Below the pieces are notes generated by a model. It made no database searches, was not told the DNA's origin, and was given only the letters and a program-made list of their open reading frames with translations. Below, piece after piece: positions 29,959 to 38,711 of a stretch of DNA of 53,380 nucleotides (position 1 is the first letter of the stretch; each line of letters opens with the position of its first letter). The stretch spans positions 1 through 53,380 of the forward strand of contig JBGAQA010000018.1 of the NCBI GenBank assembly GCA_044220955.1. Reading direction: 5' to 3'. A program made the position numbers and the translations under genes. This DNA is from Sandaracinaceae bacterium (GTDB taxonomy: Bacteria; Myxococcota_A; Polyangia; Polyangiales; Sandaracinaceae).

Positions 29959-30918
29959 ATGATCGGACCGGAGGCTCCACGGGTTTCGGGCGCGGGCGCC
30001 CGCGAGGTCTCGATCCGACCGCTCCTGGAGTCGGACCTCGACGCGCTGGTCGCCCTCGATGCCCGCACGACGGGTGTCCGGCGCCTGGCCTACTTCGAGC
30101 GCCGTCGCGCGGCCGCGATTCGCGCGCCGCGCGAGCACATGCAGCTCGCGGCGACCTCCGAGGGCAGGGTGGTGGGCTGGGTGCTGGCCCGCCTGGCCGG
30201 TGGCCAGTATGGCCGCACGGAGGTGCGACTCGTGCTGGAGTCCCTCGGGGTGGACCCTGGGATCCAGCGCGCCGGGATCGGCGCTCGGCTCCTCGCCCGC
30301 CTGGACGAGCTCGCGAGCGCGCGCGGAATCGGGTCGATCGTCACGCAGGTCGACTGGCGCAACCACTCGATGCTGCACTTCCTCGACCGGGCGGGGTTCC
30401 GGATCGCATGCACCCACGTGCTCGCCCGGGGCGTGGACCGCGTGGGCCCGGAGGACGCCGAGCCGCCGCCGAACGTCTGCCGCGCGCTGCGCCACGACGA
30501 TCTCGAGAGCCTGGTGCGAATCGACGCGGCCCTCACCGGCACGCCGCGGCCGGAGTACTTCCGACGACAGGTCGAGGAGGCGCTGCACGAGTCGGCCATC
30601 GCGGTGTCGCTCGTCGCAGAGGCCGATGGCCTGCCGGTCGCGTTCGCCATGGCGCGCGTGGATCTCGGGGACTACGGGCGCATCGCCAGCGTCGCCTCGC
30701 TCGACACGCTCGGCGTCGTCCCCGGCTTCGCGCGCCGGGGCTACGGCCGGGCGCTGCTCACGCAGATGATCGACAACCTCTCCGCGCTCCGCATCGACCG
30801 CCTCGAGACCGAGGCGGCGCGCGACGACTTCGACCTGCTGCGATTCTTCTACCGCGCGGGCTTCCAGCCCTCGTCGCGGATTCCCTTCGAGCGGAGCACT
30901 GCGCCCGGCAAGAGATGA
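29959..30918 (+). CDS. Tandem GNAT acetyltransferase
   Basis: Two homologous halves, each with motif A (VDPGIQRAGIG; VVPGFARRGYG). Confidence 0.88.
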   Translation: MIGPEAPRVSGAGAREVSIRPLLESDLDALVALDARTTGVRRLAYFERRRAAAIRAPREHMQLAATSEGRVVGWVLARLAGGQYGRTEVRLVLESLGVDPGIQRAGIGARLLARLDELASARGIGSIVTQVDWRNHSMLHFLDRAGFRIACTHVLARGVDRVGPEDAEPPPNVCRALRHDDLESLVRIDAALTGTPRPEYFRRQVEEALHESAIAVSLVAEADGLPVAFAMARVDLGDYGRIASVASLDTLGVVPGFARRGYGRALLTQMIDNLSALRIDRLETEAARDDFDLLRFFYRAGFQPSSRIPFERSTAPGKR

Positions 30919-31016
30919 TCGAGCGCATGTCGGCGAGAGGGCCCGCACGGTGAGCGTGGGGGAGACCGAGGGCGTGCGTAGGGACGAACGGGACGTGTAG
31001 CCCCGAGAGGTCGGAG

Positions 31017-32108
31017 ATGACTGCGGACGTGGAGCTCACCTGCTGGCAGGCCGTGAAGGCGAGAGAGCCGATGGCGATCGCGCGGCGCACGGTCTCGCCC
31101 GCGGCGCTGGCCCCGCACGACGTCCTGGTCCGGGTGGCCGGCTGCGGCGTCTGCCACACCGACCTCGGCTTCCTCTACGACGGCGTGCGGACCGGGAAGC
31201 CGTTTCCGCTCACGCTCGGTCACGAGATCGCCGGGCGGGTCGTGGCCGCCGGCAGCGACAACACCCACCTCGTCGGCCGCGCCGTCGTCGTCCCTGCCGT
31301 CATCCCTTGCGGGGAGTGCAGGCTGTGTCTCAAGGGACGCGGGTCGATCTGCCGCGCGCAGCTCTTCCCCGGCTCGGACATCGACGGCGGCTTCGCGTCG
31401 CACGTCGTCGTGCCGGCGCGCGGCCTCTGTCCGGTCGACGAGGCGCAGCTCGCGAGCGCGGGCCTCGATCTGTCCGAGCTCTCCGTCCTCGCCGACGCCA
31501 TCTCCACGCCCTACCAGGCCATCGTGCGGGCGGGCGTGACCCAGGGCGACGTCGCCATCTTCGTCGGCGCGGGCGGCGTCGGGGGCTTCGGCGTCCAGAT
31601 CGCGCGCGCCCTCGGTGCGCACGTCGTCGCGATCGACGTCGACGAGCAGCGGCTCGCGCGGGCGGCGCAGCACGGCGCGGCGTTCACCCTCGTGTCGAAG
31701 GACAAGGACGCGGCCGAGATCCGGAAGCTCGTCCAGGCACACGTGAAGGACGTCGGCGGCAACCCCTACGAGTGGAAGATCTTCGAGACCTCGGGGCATC
31801 CTGCCGGACAGCTGCTGGCGTACACGCTGCTGACCTTCGGCGCGACCCTCTCGGTCGTCGGCTACTCGCTCGAGAAGGTCCAGCTGCGCCTGGCCAACCT
31901 GATGGCGTTCGACGCGACGGCGCAGGGCAACTGGGGCTGTCTCCCCGAGCACTACCCCGCTGCGCTCGCCCTCGTGCTCGCCGGCAAGGTCGCGCTGCGG
32001 CCCTTCGTCGAGCGACGCCCCATGAGCCGGATCAACGAGACGTTCCGCGAGCTCCACGAGGGCGCGCTCCGTCGGCGCCCCGTGCTCGAGCCCGACTTCG
32101 AGAGGTGA
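31017..32108 (+). CDS. had: 6-hydroxycyclohex-1-ene-1-carbonyl-CoA dehydrogenase
   Basis: Zn-MDR motifs GCGVCHTDLG, LGHEIAG, PCGECRLC; LANLMAFDATAQGNWGC; operon context. Confidence 0.9.
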   Translation: MTADVELTCWQAVKAREPMAIARRTVSPAALAPHDVLVRVAGCGVCHTDLGFLYDGVRTGKPFPLTLGHEIAGRVVAAGSDNTHLVGRAVVVPAVIPCGECRLCLKGRGSICRAQLFPGSDIDGGFASHVVVPARGLCPVDEAQLASAGLDLSELSVLADAISTPYQAIVRAGVTQGDVAIFVGAGGVGGFGVQIARALGAHVVAIDVDEQRLARAAQHGAAFTLVSKDKDAAEIRKLVQAHVKDVGGNPYEWKIFETSGHPAGQLLAYTLLTFGATLSVVGYSLEKVQLRLANLMAFDATAQGNWGCLPEHYPAALALVLAGKVALRPFVERRPMSRINETFRELHEGALRRRPVLEPDFER

Positions 32109-32113
32109 ACACG

Positions 32114-33217
32114 ATGCTCCACGACCACGATCTGACGCCGCCCCGCAGCCCCGCCGACCGTCCTCGGGTGCTCTACGAGCTCAAGCCCGTGCGAACGCCC
32201 GCGGGAGCCGTCGCCGAGGGCCTCTTCGCGGCGTGGATCACGCTGGACAACCCGGCCCAGTACAACTCGTACACGACCGAGATGGTCAAGGACGTGATCC
32301 TCGGCATGCGTCGCGCGAGCAACGCTCGGGACGTGGTCGCCGTCGTCTTCACGGGGGCGGGCGATCGCGCCTTCTGCACCGGCGGCAACACCAAGGAGTA
32401 CGCCGAGTACTACGCGGGCCGGCCGGGCGAGTACGCGCAGTACATGCGCCTCTTCAACGACATGGTGTCGAGCATCCTCAGCTGCGACAAGCCGGTGATC
32501 TGCCGCGTGAACGGCATGCGCATCGGGGGCGGGCAGGAGATCGGGATGGCCTGCGACTTCAGCGTCGCGAGCGACCTGGCCTCGTTCGGGCAGGCCGGTC
32601 CGAAGCACGGCTCGGCGCCGATCGGTGGCGCGACCGACTTCCTGCCGGTGCTCGTCGGGGCCGAGCGCGCGATGGCGAGCTGCACGCTCTGCGTCCCGTG
32701 GTCCGCGTACAAGGCCGTCCACGCCGGGATGATCACCGACGCCGTCGCGGTGCTCGAGCTCGAGGGGCGCTTCGTCCCCAACCCGCTGGTGATCACCGAC
32801 CGCTTCCTCGAGGGCGGCCGGATCGTCTACGGAGAGCCCAAGACGGGCGACGAGCTGAAGGCGGGCAAGGCGATGCTCTCGCGCGGGAAGATCGATCTCG
32901 CCCCGCTCGACGCGGCCGTCGATCGGATGGTCACCCAGATCCTGATGACGTTCCCGAATTGCATGCAGCAGACGGTGGAGTCGATCCGGCGTCACAAGCT
33001 CGCGCACTGGGACCGCAACAAGGAGGCGAGCCGGGCGTGGCTCGCGCTCAACATGCTCTCGGAGGCCCACGCCGGGTTCCGCGCCTTCAACGAGGGAACC
33101 AAGGACGACCGCGAGGCGGACTTCGTGCTCCTGCGCCAGAGGCTCGCGCGCGCCGAGCCCTGGACGGCCGAGCTGATCGACGCGCTCCAGCCGAAATCGA
33201 GCAAGGCCGCCCGATGA
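32114..33217 (+). CDS. oah: 6-oxocyclohex-1-ene-1-carbonyl-CoA hydrolase (BamA/BzdY)
   Basis: WITLDNPAQYNSYTT, FCTGGNTKEYAEYY, RVNGMRIGGGQEIGMACD, GPKHGSAPIGGATDFL. Confidence 0.95.
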   Translation: MLHDHDLTPPRSPADRPRVLYELKPVRTPAGAVAEGLFAAWITLDNPAQYNSYTTEMVKDVILGMRRASNARDVVAVVFTGAGDRAFCTGGNTKEYAEYYAGRPGEYAQYMRLFNDMVSSILSCDKPVICRVNGMRIGGGQEIGMACDFSVASDLASFGQAGPKHGSAPIGGATDFLPVLVGAERAMASCTLCVPWSAYKAVHAGMITDAVAVLELEGRFVPNPLVITDRFLEGGRIVYGEPKTGDELKAGKAMLSRGKIDLAPLDAAVDRMVTQILMTFPNCMQQTVESIRRHKLAHWDRNKEASRAWLALNMLSEAHAGFRAFNEGTKDDREADFVLLRQRLARAEPWTAELIDALQPKSSKAAR

Positions 33218-33987
33218 GCGTGGAGGCGCCGCCGCTCCGCGCGACCCTGACGACGGAAGGACGCGTCCTTCATCTCCTGCTCGACGCGCCGAAGGGCAAC
33301 GTGCTCGACGCGCGCATGATCGCCGCCCTCTCGGCCGCGCTCGAGGCACACGGGTCCTCCCCCGCGCTCCGCGCCCTCGTGTTCGAGGGCGCCGGCCCGA
33401 ACTTCTGCTTCGGCGCGAGCGTGGCGGAGCACACCCGGGCCAAGGCCAAGGACATGCTCGCACAGCTGCACGGGCTCTTCCGGCAGCTCGCGCGCCTCGC
33501 CGTGCCCACGGTCGCGGTCGTGCGGGGCGCATGCCTCGGCGGCGGTCTCGAGCTCGCCGCCTGGTGCACGTGGGTGTTCGCATCGCCGGAGGCGACCTTC
33601 GGTCAGCCCGAGATCAAGCTCGCGGTCTTTCCGCCGATGGCCTCGCTCGTCCTGCCGTGGAGGCTGGGCGGAGGACGCGCCCTGGATCTCTGCGTCTCGG
33701 GGCGCAGCGTGTCCGCGCTGGAGGCCCGGGCGCTGGGTCTGGTCCACGACGTCTACGGGGCGCCGGACGACGCCGCGCGCGCCTTCGTCAGCGAGCACCT
33801 GCTGCCGCGCAGCGGGCCCTCGCTGCGCTTCGCCGAGCGGGCCGCCCGCGCGGGGCTCGTCGAGCTGCTCGATGCGCGCCTGCCGCAGCTCGAGAGGCTC
33901 TACCTGGAGGAGCTGATGGCTACGCCGGACGCCAACGAAGGCATCGCAGCCTTCCTCGAGCGGCGCGCACCGCGCTGGGAGTCGTGA
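33214..33987 (+). CDS. dch: Cyclohexa-1,5-diene-1-carbonyl-CoA hydratase
   Basis: Crotonase fold: PKGNVLD, FCFGASVAEH, CLGGGLE, GQPEIKLAVFPP, LERLYLEELM; ATGA overlap. Confidence 0.9.
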   Translation: MSVEAPPLRATLTTEGRVLHLLLDAPKGNVLDARMIAALSAALEAHGSSPALRALVFEGAGPNFCFGASVAEHTRAKAKDMLAQLHGLFRQLARLAVPTVAVVRGACLGGGLELAAWCTWVFASPEATFGQPEIKLAVFPPMASLVLPWRLGGGRALDLCVSGRSVSALEARALGLVHDVYGAPDDAARAFVSEHLLPRSGPSLRFAERAARAGLVELLDARLPQLERLYLEELMATPDANEGIAAFLERRAPRWES

Positions 33988-35186
33988 TGGAAACCGGAGG
34001 CTCGAACGACCCCGCCTCGAGCGAGCTGAGCGCGCTCGTCGAGCGCGCCGAGGCTCTCTATCGTGATCTCGATCTCGCGTCGGTGAAGGCCTGGCGGGAG
34101 CGGAACGGCGGGGCGAAGGCCATCGGCTTCATGCCGATCTACGTGCCGCGCGAGCTGATCGACGCGGCCGGGATGCTCCCGGTGGGGATCATGGGCGGGC
34201 GCGGTCAGGTGGAGATCATCCGCGGCGACGCGTGGTTCCAGTCCTACATCTGCCAGCTGCCGCGGAGCACGATCGAGCTCGCGCTGACGGGCCGCCTCGA
34301 CGTGCTCGACGGCATGCTCTTCCCGTCCATCTGCGACGTCATCCGGAACCTGTCCGGGATGTGGAAGGTGAAGTTCCCGGACAAGTACGTCCGCTATTTC
34401 GACGTCCCGCAGAACTACGATCCCCGGGTCGGCGGCCGCTTCTACGAGCAGGAGCTGAAGCACCTCTACGCCGATCTGCGCCGCCTCTCGGGGACGACGC
34501 TCGATCCGGACGAGGCGCTCGAGCGATCGATCCTGCGCTACGACGAGAACCGTCGCGCGATCACCGAGCTGCTCGCGCTCCGCTCGGCCGAGCCGTGGAA
34601 GGTGCCGACCTGGGAGGTCTACCTGATCCTCTTCGCGGGCAACGTCCTGCCCGTCGAGGAGCACACCGCGCTCGTTCGCGCCTATCACGCGGCCGCGCGC
34701 GCGAGCGAGCGGCCTCGCCGCGACAACGCTCGCGTCGTCGTCTCCGGCGCGTTCTGCGAGCAGCCGCCGCTCGAGCTGATCCGGACGCTCGAGCTCGCCG
34801 GCTGCTACGTCGTCGCGGACGACATGGCGCTCGGGCGGCGCTGGCCGACCGAGGACGTCGGGGTCGGCGGGGCGCCGATCGCGAGGCTGGCCAAGGCCTT
34901 CCTCGAGCACAGCCCCTCGACCGCCGCGCGCTACGAGCCGGTGGGCGATCGAGGGCAGCCGCTCGTTCAGCTGGTGAAGCGCAACCGCGCCGAGGGCGTC
35001 GTGCTCGCCGCGCCCAGCTTCTGCGATCCAGCGCTGCTCGAGCAGCCCATCCTGCAGGACACGCTCGATCACGCGCGCGTGCCCTGGACCGCGTTCAAGT
35101 ACGCCGAGAGCCTCGGCCAGTTCCAGGTCATCCGCGAGCAGGCGGGGACGTTCGCCGATTCGATCAAGCTGTGGAGCGAGCCATGA
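33987..35186 (+). CDS. bcrC: Class I benzoyl-CoA reductase subunit C
   Basis: MPIYVPRELI, IIRGDAWFQSYIC, FPSICDVIRNLSGMW, PSFCDPALL, QAGTFADSIKLW. Confidence 0.93.
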   Translation: METGGSNDPASSELSALVERAEALYRDLDLASVKAWRERNGGAKAIGFMPIYVPRELIDAAGMLPVGIMGGRGQVEIIRGDAWFQSYICQLPRSTIELALTGRLDVLDGMLFPSICDVIRNLSGMWKVKFPDKYVRYFDVPQNYDPRVGGRFYEQELKHLYADLRRLSGTTLDPDEALERSILRYDENRRAITELLALRSAEPWKVPTWEVYLILFAGNVLPVEEHTALVRAYHAAARASERPRRDNARVVVSGAFCEQPPLELIRTLELAGCYVVADDMALGRRWPTEDVGVGGAPIARLAKAFLEHSPSTAARYEPVGDRGQPLVQLVKRNRAEGVVLAAPSFCDPALLEQPILQDTLDHARVPWTAFKYAESLGQFQVIREQAGTFADSIKLWSEP

Positions 35187-36523
35187 GCGACACCGAGGTC
35201 AAGGACGCCTCCATGCTCCAGCAGAAGGAGATGATCGCGGGGCACTTCCGCGCGCTCTCCCGCGCGAAGGAGGATGGGCGCAAGGTCGTCTACACGTTCG
35301 TCCCCGGCAACCTCACCGAGCTCATGCACGCGTTCGACGTGCTGCCGCTCTACCCCGAGATCAACGCGCTGCAGTCCGGGATGAGGAAGAAGTCGGGCGC
35401 CTACATCGCGGAGGCCGAGCGCCTCGGGCACTCCGAGGACGTCTGCGCGTACGTGAAGAGCGACATCGGGATGCTGCGCGCCGGCAACGTCGGCCCGACC
35501 GGCGAGAAGCTCCCTCCACCCGACCTGCTCCTGCTCTCTTACACGGGCTGCTTCACTTTCATGAAGTGGTTCGAGCTGCTCAAGCGCGAGTACGACTGCC
35601 CCGTCGCGATGCTCCACGTCCCCTACCAGGGCGACGGCGAATTCACGCCCGAGATGCGCGCGTACGTCGTCGACCAGCTCCGCACCGAGGTGATCCCGAA
35701 GCTCGAGCAGATCACGGGCAAGAAGCTGGACGAGGCCAAGCTCGAGGAGGCGCTCGCCAAGTCCCGGGTCGCCGAGGACGACCTCGTCTGGGTGCTCGAG
35801 TCGGCCAAGAACCGGCCCTCTCCGATCGACGCCTACTTCGGCGGTGTCTACTACATCGGGCCGATCTTCACGGCCTTCCGCGGGACGGACCTCGCCGTCG
35901 ACTACTACCGCACGCTCCGCTCCGAGGTGCAGGCGCGCCTCGACCTCGGCCTCGGGCCGATCACGCCGGACGGCCCGCTGAAGCAGGAGCGCTACCGGCT
36001 CGTGGTCGAAGGACCGCCGAGCTGGCCGGCCTTCCAGGAGTTCTGGAAGATGTTCTCCGGCGATGGAGCGGTGGTCGTCGCGAGCTCGTACACGAAGGTC
36101 GGCGGCTTCTACGATCAGGGCTTCCGCCACGATCCGCGGAGGCCTCTCGAGACGCTCGCCGACTACTGCGCGGGCTGTTACACGAACCTGAACCTCCCCT
36201 CGCGCATCGAGATCCTGTCGAAGTACGTGCGCGACTACCAGGCCGACGGTCTGCTCATCAACTCGGTCAAGAGCTGCAACAGCTTCTCGGCCGGGCAGCT
36301 CATGATCCTGCGCGAGGTCGAGGAGCGGACCGGCGTCCCGGGCGGGTTCATCGAGACGGACCTCGTCGACCCCCGCTACTTCTCGGCGGCGAACGTGAAG
36401 AACCGGCTCGAGAGCTACTTCCAGATGATCGAGCAGAAGCGACGCAACCCCACGGCAGCACGCTCGGCGCCCGCCGTGATCGGGAGCGACGCATCGCGCC
36501 GGCGCCTCGAGGTGCTCACGTGA
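35183..36523 (+). CDS. bcrB: Class I benzoyl-CoA reductase subunit B
   Basis: YTFVPGNLTEL, GHSEDVC, YTGCFTFMKWFE, KSCNSFSAGQ, ETDLVDPRYFS. Confidence 0.93.
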   Translation: MSDTEVKDASMLQQKEMIAGHFRALSRAKEDGRKVVYTFVPGNLTELMHAFDVLPLYPEINALQSGMRKKSGAYIAEAERLGHSEDVCAYVKSDIGMLRAGNVGPTGEKLPPPDLLLLSYTGCFTFMKWFELLKREYDCPVAMLHVPYQGDGEFTPEMRAYVVDQLRTEVIPKLEQITGKKLDEAKLEEALAKSRVAEDDLVWVLESAKNRPSPIDAYFGGVYYIGPIFTAFRGTDLAVDYYRTLRSEVQARLDLGLGPITPDGPLKQERYRLVVEGPPSWPAFQEFWKMFSGDGAVVVASSYTKVGGFYDQGFRHDPRRPLETLADYCAGCYTNLNLPSRIEILSKYVRDYQADGLLINSVKSCNSFSAGQLMILREVEERTGVPGGFIETDLVDPRYFSAANVKNRLESYFQMIEQKRRNPTAARSAPAVIGSDASRRRLEVLT

Positions 36524-37824
36524 GGGCGTTCGTCGGCATCGATCTCGGATCCACCACGACCAAGGCCGTGATGCTCGACGACGCGGGCGGCGTCCTCGGC
36601 CGCGGCATCACCAACAGCCGGAGCGACTACCACCTCGCCGCCGACCTCGCGCGCGAGGAGGCGCACATCGACGCGCGCTTCACGCTGCTCGACCGCGCGC
36701 TCGAGGCGGCGGGCGAGACGGGCGAGGAGGCCGTCGTGTTCCGCAAGCGGCTGCTCCACCGCTTCCGCAAGGTGCAACGCCTCGCGCAGCTCGCCTCGCT
36801 GCGCGAGAAGTCCATGGCCGAGGCGCGCGGCGAGCGGCTGCGCCACCACGGCGAGGATCTGGCGCGCCGCGTCGGCGAGATCTTCGAGGAGATCGACCGA
36901 TCGTGGCGCAAGCCCCGCCTCACGGTCGGTCCGAGCTCCGACTTCTTCCGGGATCAGGCCGCGGCCGACTACGGCAAGCTCGCCGAGCGCGTCGCCGACA
37001 AGAAGATCCCCTTCGACGTGCTGATGAGCGTCTTCGACAAGGTCATCATCGTCGTCGAGAACGAGCGCCTCGACCTGACGTTCGAGGGGAACATCCGCGC
37101 GGCGCTCGCGGAGTGCATCGCCGCGGAGGCGCCCGAGCGCCGCGCGCGCTACGAGGCGGCCGTGCTCGGCGCGGCCGAGATGCCGCTGGCCATCGCGCGG
37201 ACGATCGGCACCGGCTACGGGCGCCAGACGCTGCCCTTCGCCAAGGAGGACATCCGCTCGGAGATCCTCTGTCACGGGCTCGGCGCCCACATCGCGTTCC
37301 CGAAGACGACGACCGTGCTCGACATCGGCGGCCAGGACACCAAGGCCATCCAGGTCGACGAGGCCGGCATCGTCACCAGCTTCCAGATGAACGATCGTTG
37401 CGCCGCGGGCTGCGGGCGCTACCTCGGCTACATCGCCGACGAGATGAACATGGGCGTACACGAGCTCGGCCCGCTCGCGCTGCAGTCGACGCGCCACGTG
37501 AAGATCAACAGCACGTGCACGGTCTTCGCGGGCGCCGAGCTGCGCGACCGCCTCATGATGGGGCAGAAGCGAGAGGACATCCTGGCCGGTCTGCACCGCG
37601 CGATCATCCTCAGGGCCATGGCCCTGCTCGCGCGCTCGGGCGGGATCTTCGACGAGTTCACGTTCACCGGAGGCGTCGCGAACAACGCGGCGGCCGTGCT
37701 GGCGCTGCGGCAGCTGGTCGAAGAGAACTACGGCGCCCGCACGCTCAACATCTCGCCGAGCTCGATCTACACGGGCGCTCATGGTGCGGCGCTCTTCGCG
37801 GTGCGTGCAGGAGGCGAGGCATGA
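36520..37824 (+). CDS. bcrA: Class I benzoyl-CoA reductase subunit A (ASKHA ATPase)
   Basis: GIDLGSTTTK, long insert, GTGYGR, SEILCHG, DIGGQDTK, MNDRCAAGCGRYL, STCTVF; 434 aa, consistent with the Thauera/Rhodopseudomonas type. Confidence 0.94.
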   Translation: MRAFVGIDLGSTTTKAVMLDDAGGVLGRGITNSRSDYHLAADLAREEAHIDARFTLLDRALEAAGETGEEAVVFRKRLLHRFRKVQRLAQLASLREKSMAEARGERLRHHGEDLARRVGEIFEEIDRSWRKPRLTVGPSSDFFRDQAAADYGKLAERVADKKIPFDVLMSVFDKVIIVVENERLDLTFEGNIRAALAECIAAEAPERRARYEAAVLGAAEMPLAIARTIGTGYGRQTLPFAKEDIRSEILCHGLGAHIAFPKTTTVLDIGGQDTKAIQVDEAGIVTSFQMNDRCAAGCGRYLGYIADEMNMGVHELGPLALQSTRHVKINSTCTVFAGAELRDRLMMGQKREDILAGLHRAIILRAMALLARSGGIFDEFTFTGGVANNAAAVLALRQLVEENYGARTLNISPSSIYTGAHGAALFAVRAGGEA

Positions 37825-38711
37825 CGGGGACGGTCGTCACGGTGGGGATCGACGTCGGCTCGAGCACCGTCAAGGTCGCGGTGGTCGAGAGCCCGGCCGG
37901 GAGCGGCCGGGAGCGCGCGGGCGCGCGGGTCCTGGCCAAGGCGCTCGAGCGGACGCGACGGCGCGATCAGCAGCAGATCGTGGCGGCGACGCGCGCGGCG
38001 GCGATGGAGGAGGCGGGCGTGGACCGGCGCGCGCTCGCGTACGTGGCGACGACGGGGGACGGCGAGACCGTCGACGATACGACGGGGCACTTCTACGGGA
38101 TGACGGCGCACGCCCGTGGGGCGCTCTTCCTCGATCCCACGGCGCGCGCGGCCATCGACGTGGGCTCGCTCCACGCGCGCGCGATCCGCTTCGACGAGCG
38201 CGCGAAGGTGCTCGACTACCGGATGACGAGCCAGTGCGCCTCGGGCACCGGGCAGTTCCTGGAGAACATCGCTCGCTACCTCGGCGTGACGCTCGACGAG
38301 GTCGGGCCGCTCTCGCTGAAGGGCACGACGCCCGAGAAGGTGTCGGGGATCTGCGCGGTGCTCGCCGAGACCGACGTCATCAACATGGTCTCGCGCGGCA
38401 TCTCCACGGCCAACATCCTGCGAGGCATCCACGACTCCATGGCGGCGGGCTTCTCGAAGCTCCTGCGGAACGCACGGGCGGAGGGGATCGTGGTGGTGAC
38501 GGGCGGGCTCTCGGCCGACATCGGCCTGCTGAGCGCGCTGCGCGCGTCGATGGACAAGCCCGCGACCAAGAAGGACGTGGCGCCACTCAAGGACGTGGAG
38601 ATCCGCCCGCACGTCGACGGGGTCTACGCGGGCGCGATCGGAGCGGCGCTCTGGGGCGCCTACCGAGCGGAGCGGCTGGCCGAGGCTCCGCTCACGGCGT
38701 CACCTCCATGA
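37821..38711 (+). CDS. bcrD: Class I benzoyl-CoA reductase subunit D (ASKHA ATPase)
   Basis: GIDVGSSTVK, ATTGDGE, HFYGMTAHARGA, MTSQCASGTGQFLENIARYL, SGICAVLAETDVINMVSRG. Confidence 0.93.
   Translation: MTGTVVTVGIDVGSSTVKVAVVESPAGSGRERAGARVLAKALERTRRRDQQQIVAATRAAAMEEAGVDRRALAYVATTGDGETVDDTTGHFYGMTAHARGALFLDPTARAAIDVGSLHARAIRFDERAKVLDYRMTSQCASGTGQFLENIARYLGVTLDEVGPLSLKGTTPEKVSGICAVLAETDVINMVSRGISTANILRGIHDSMAAGFSKLLRNARAEGIVVVTGGLSADIGLLSALRASMDKPATKKDVAPLKDVEIRPHVDGVYAGAIGAALWGAYRAERLAEAPLTASPP

Noticed and set aside
29941..30983. CGTGCGTAGGG repeated before the GNAT gene (29941) and had (30973) as a pathway-specific operator
   Set aside because: Only 11 bp in very GC-rich DNA, and CGTGCGTA also precedes the unrelated gene at 10684, so it is more likely a generic promoter element or chance.
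33987..38711. Alternative call as 2-hydroxyacyl-CoA dehydratase plus activator
   Set aside because: Two distinct ATPase subunits, Bcr-type motifs and adjacent had/oah/dch favour benzoyl-CoA reductase.
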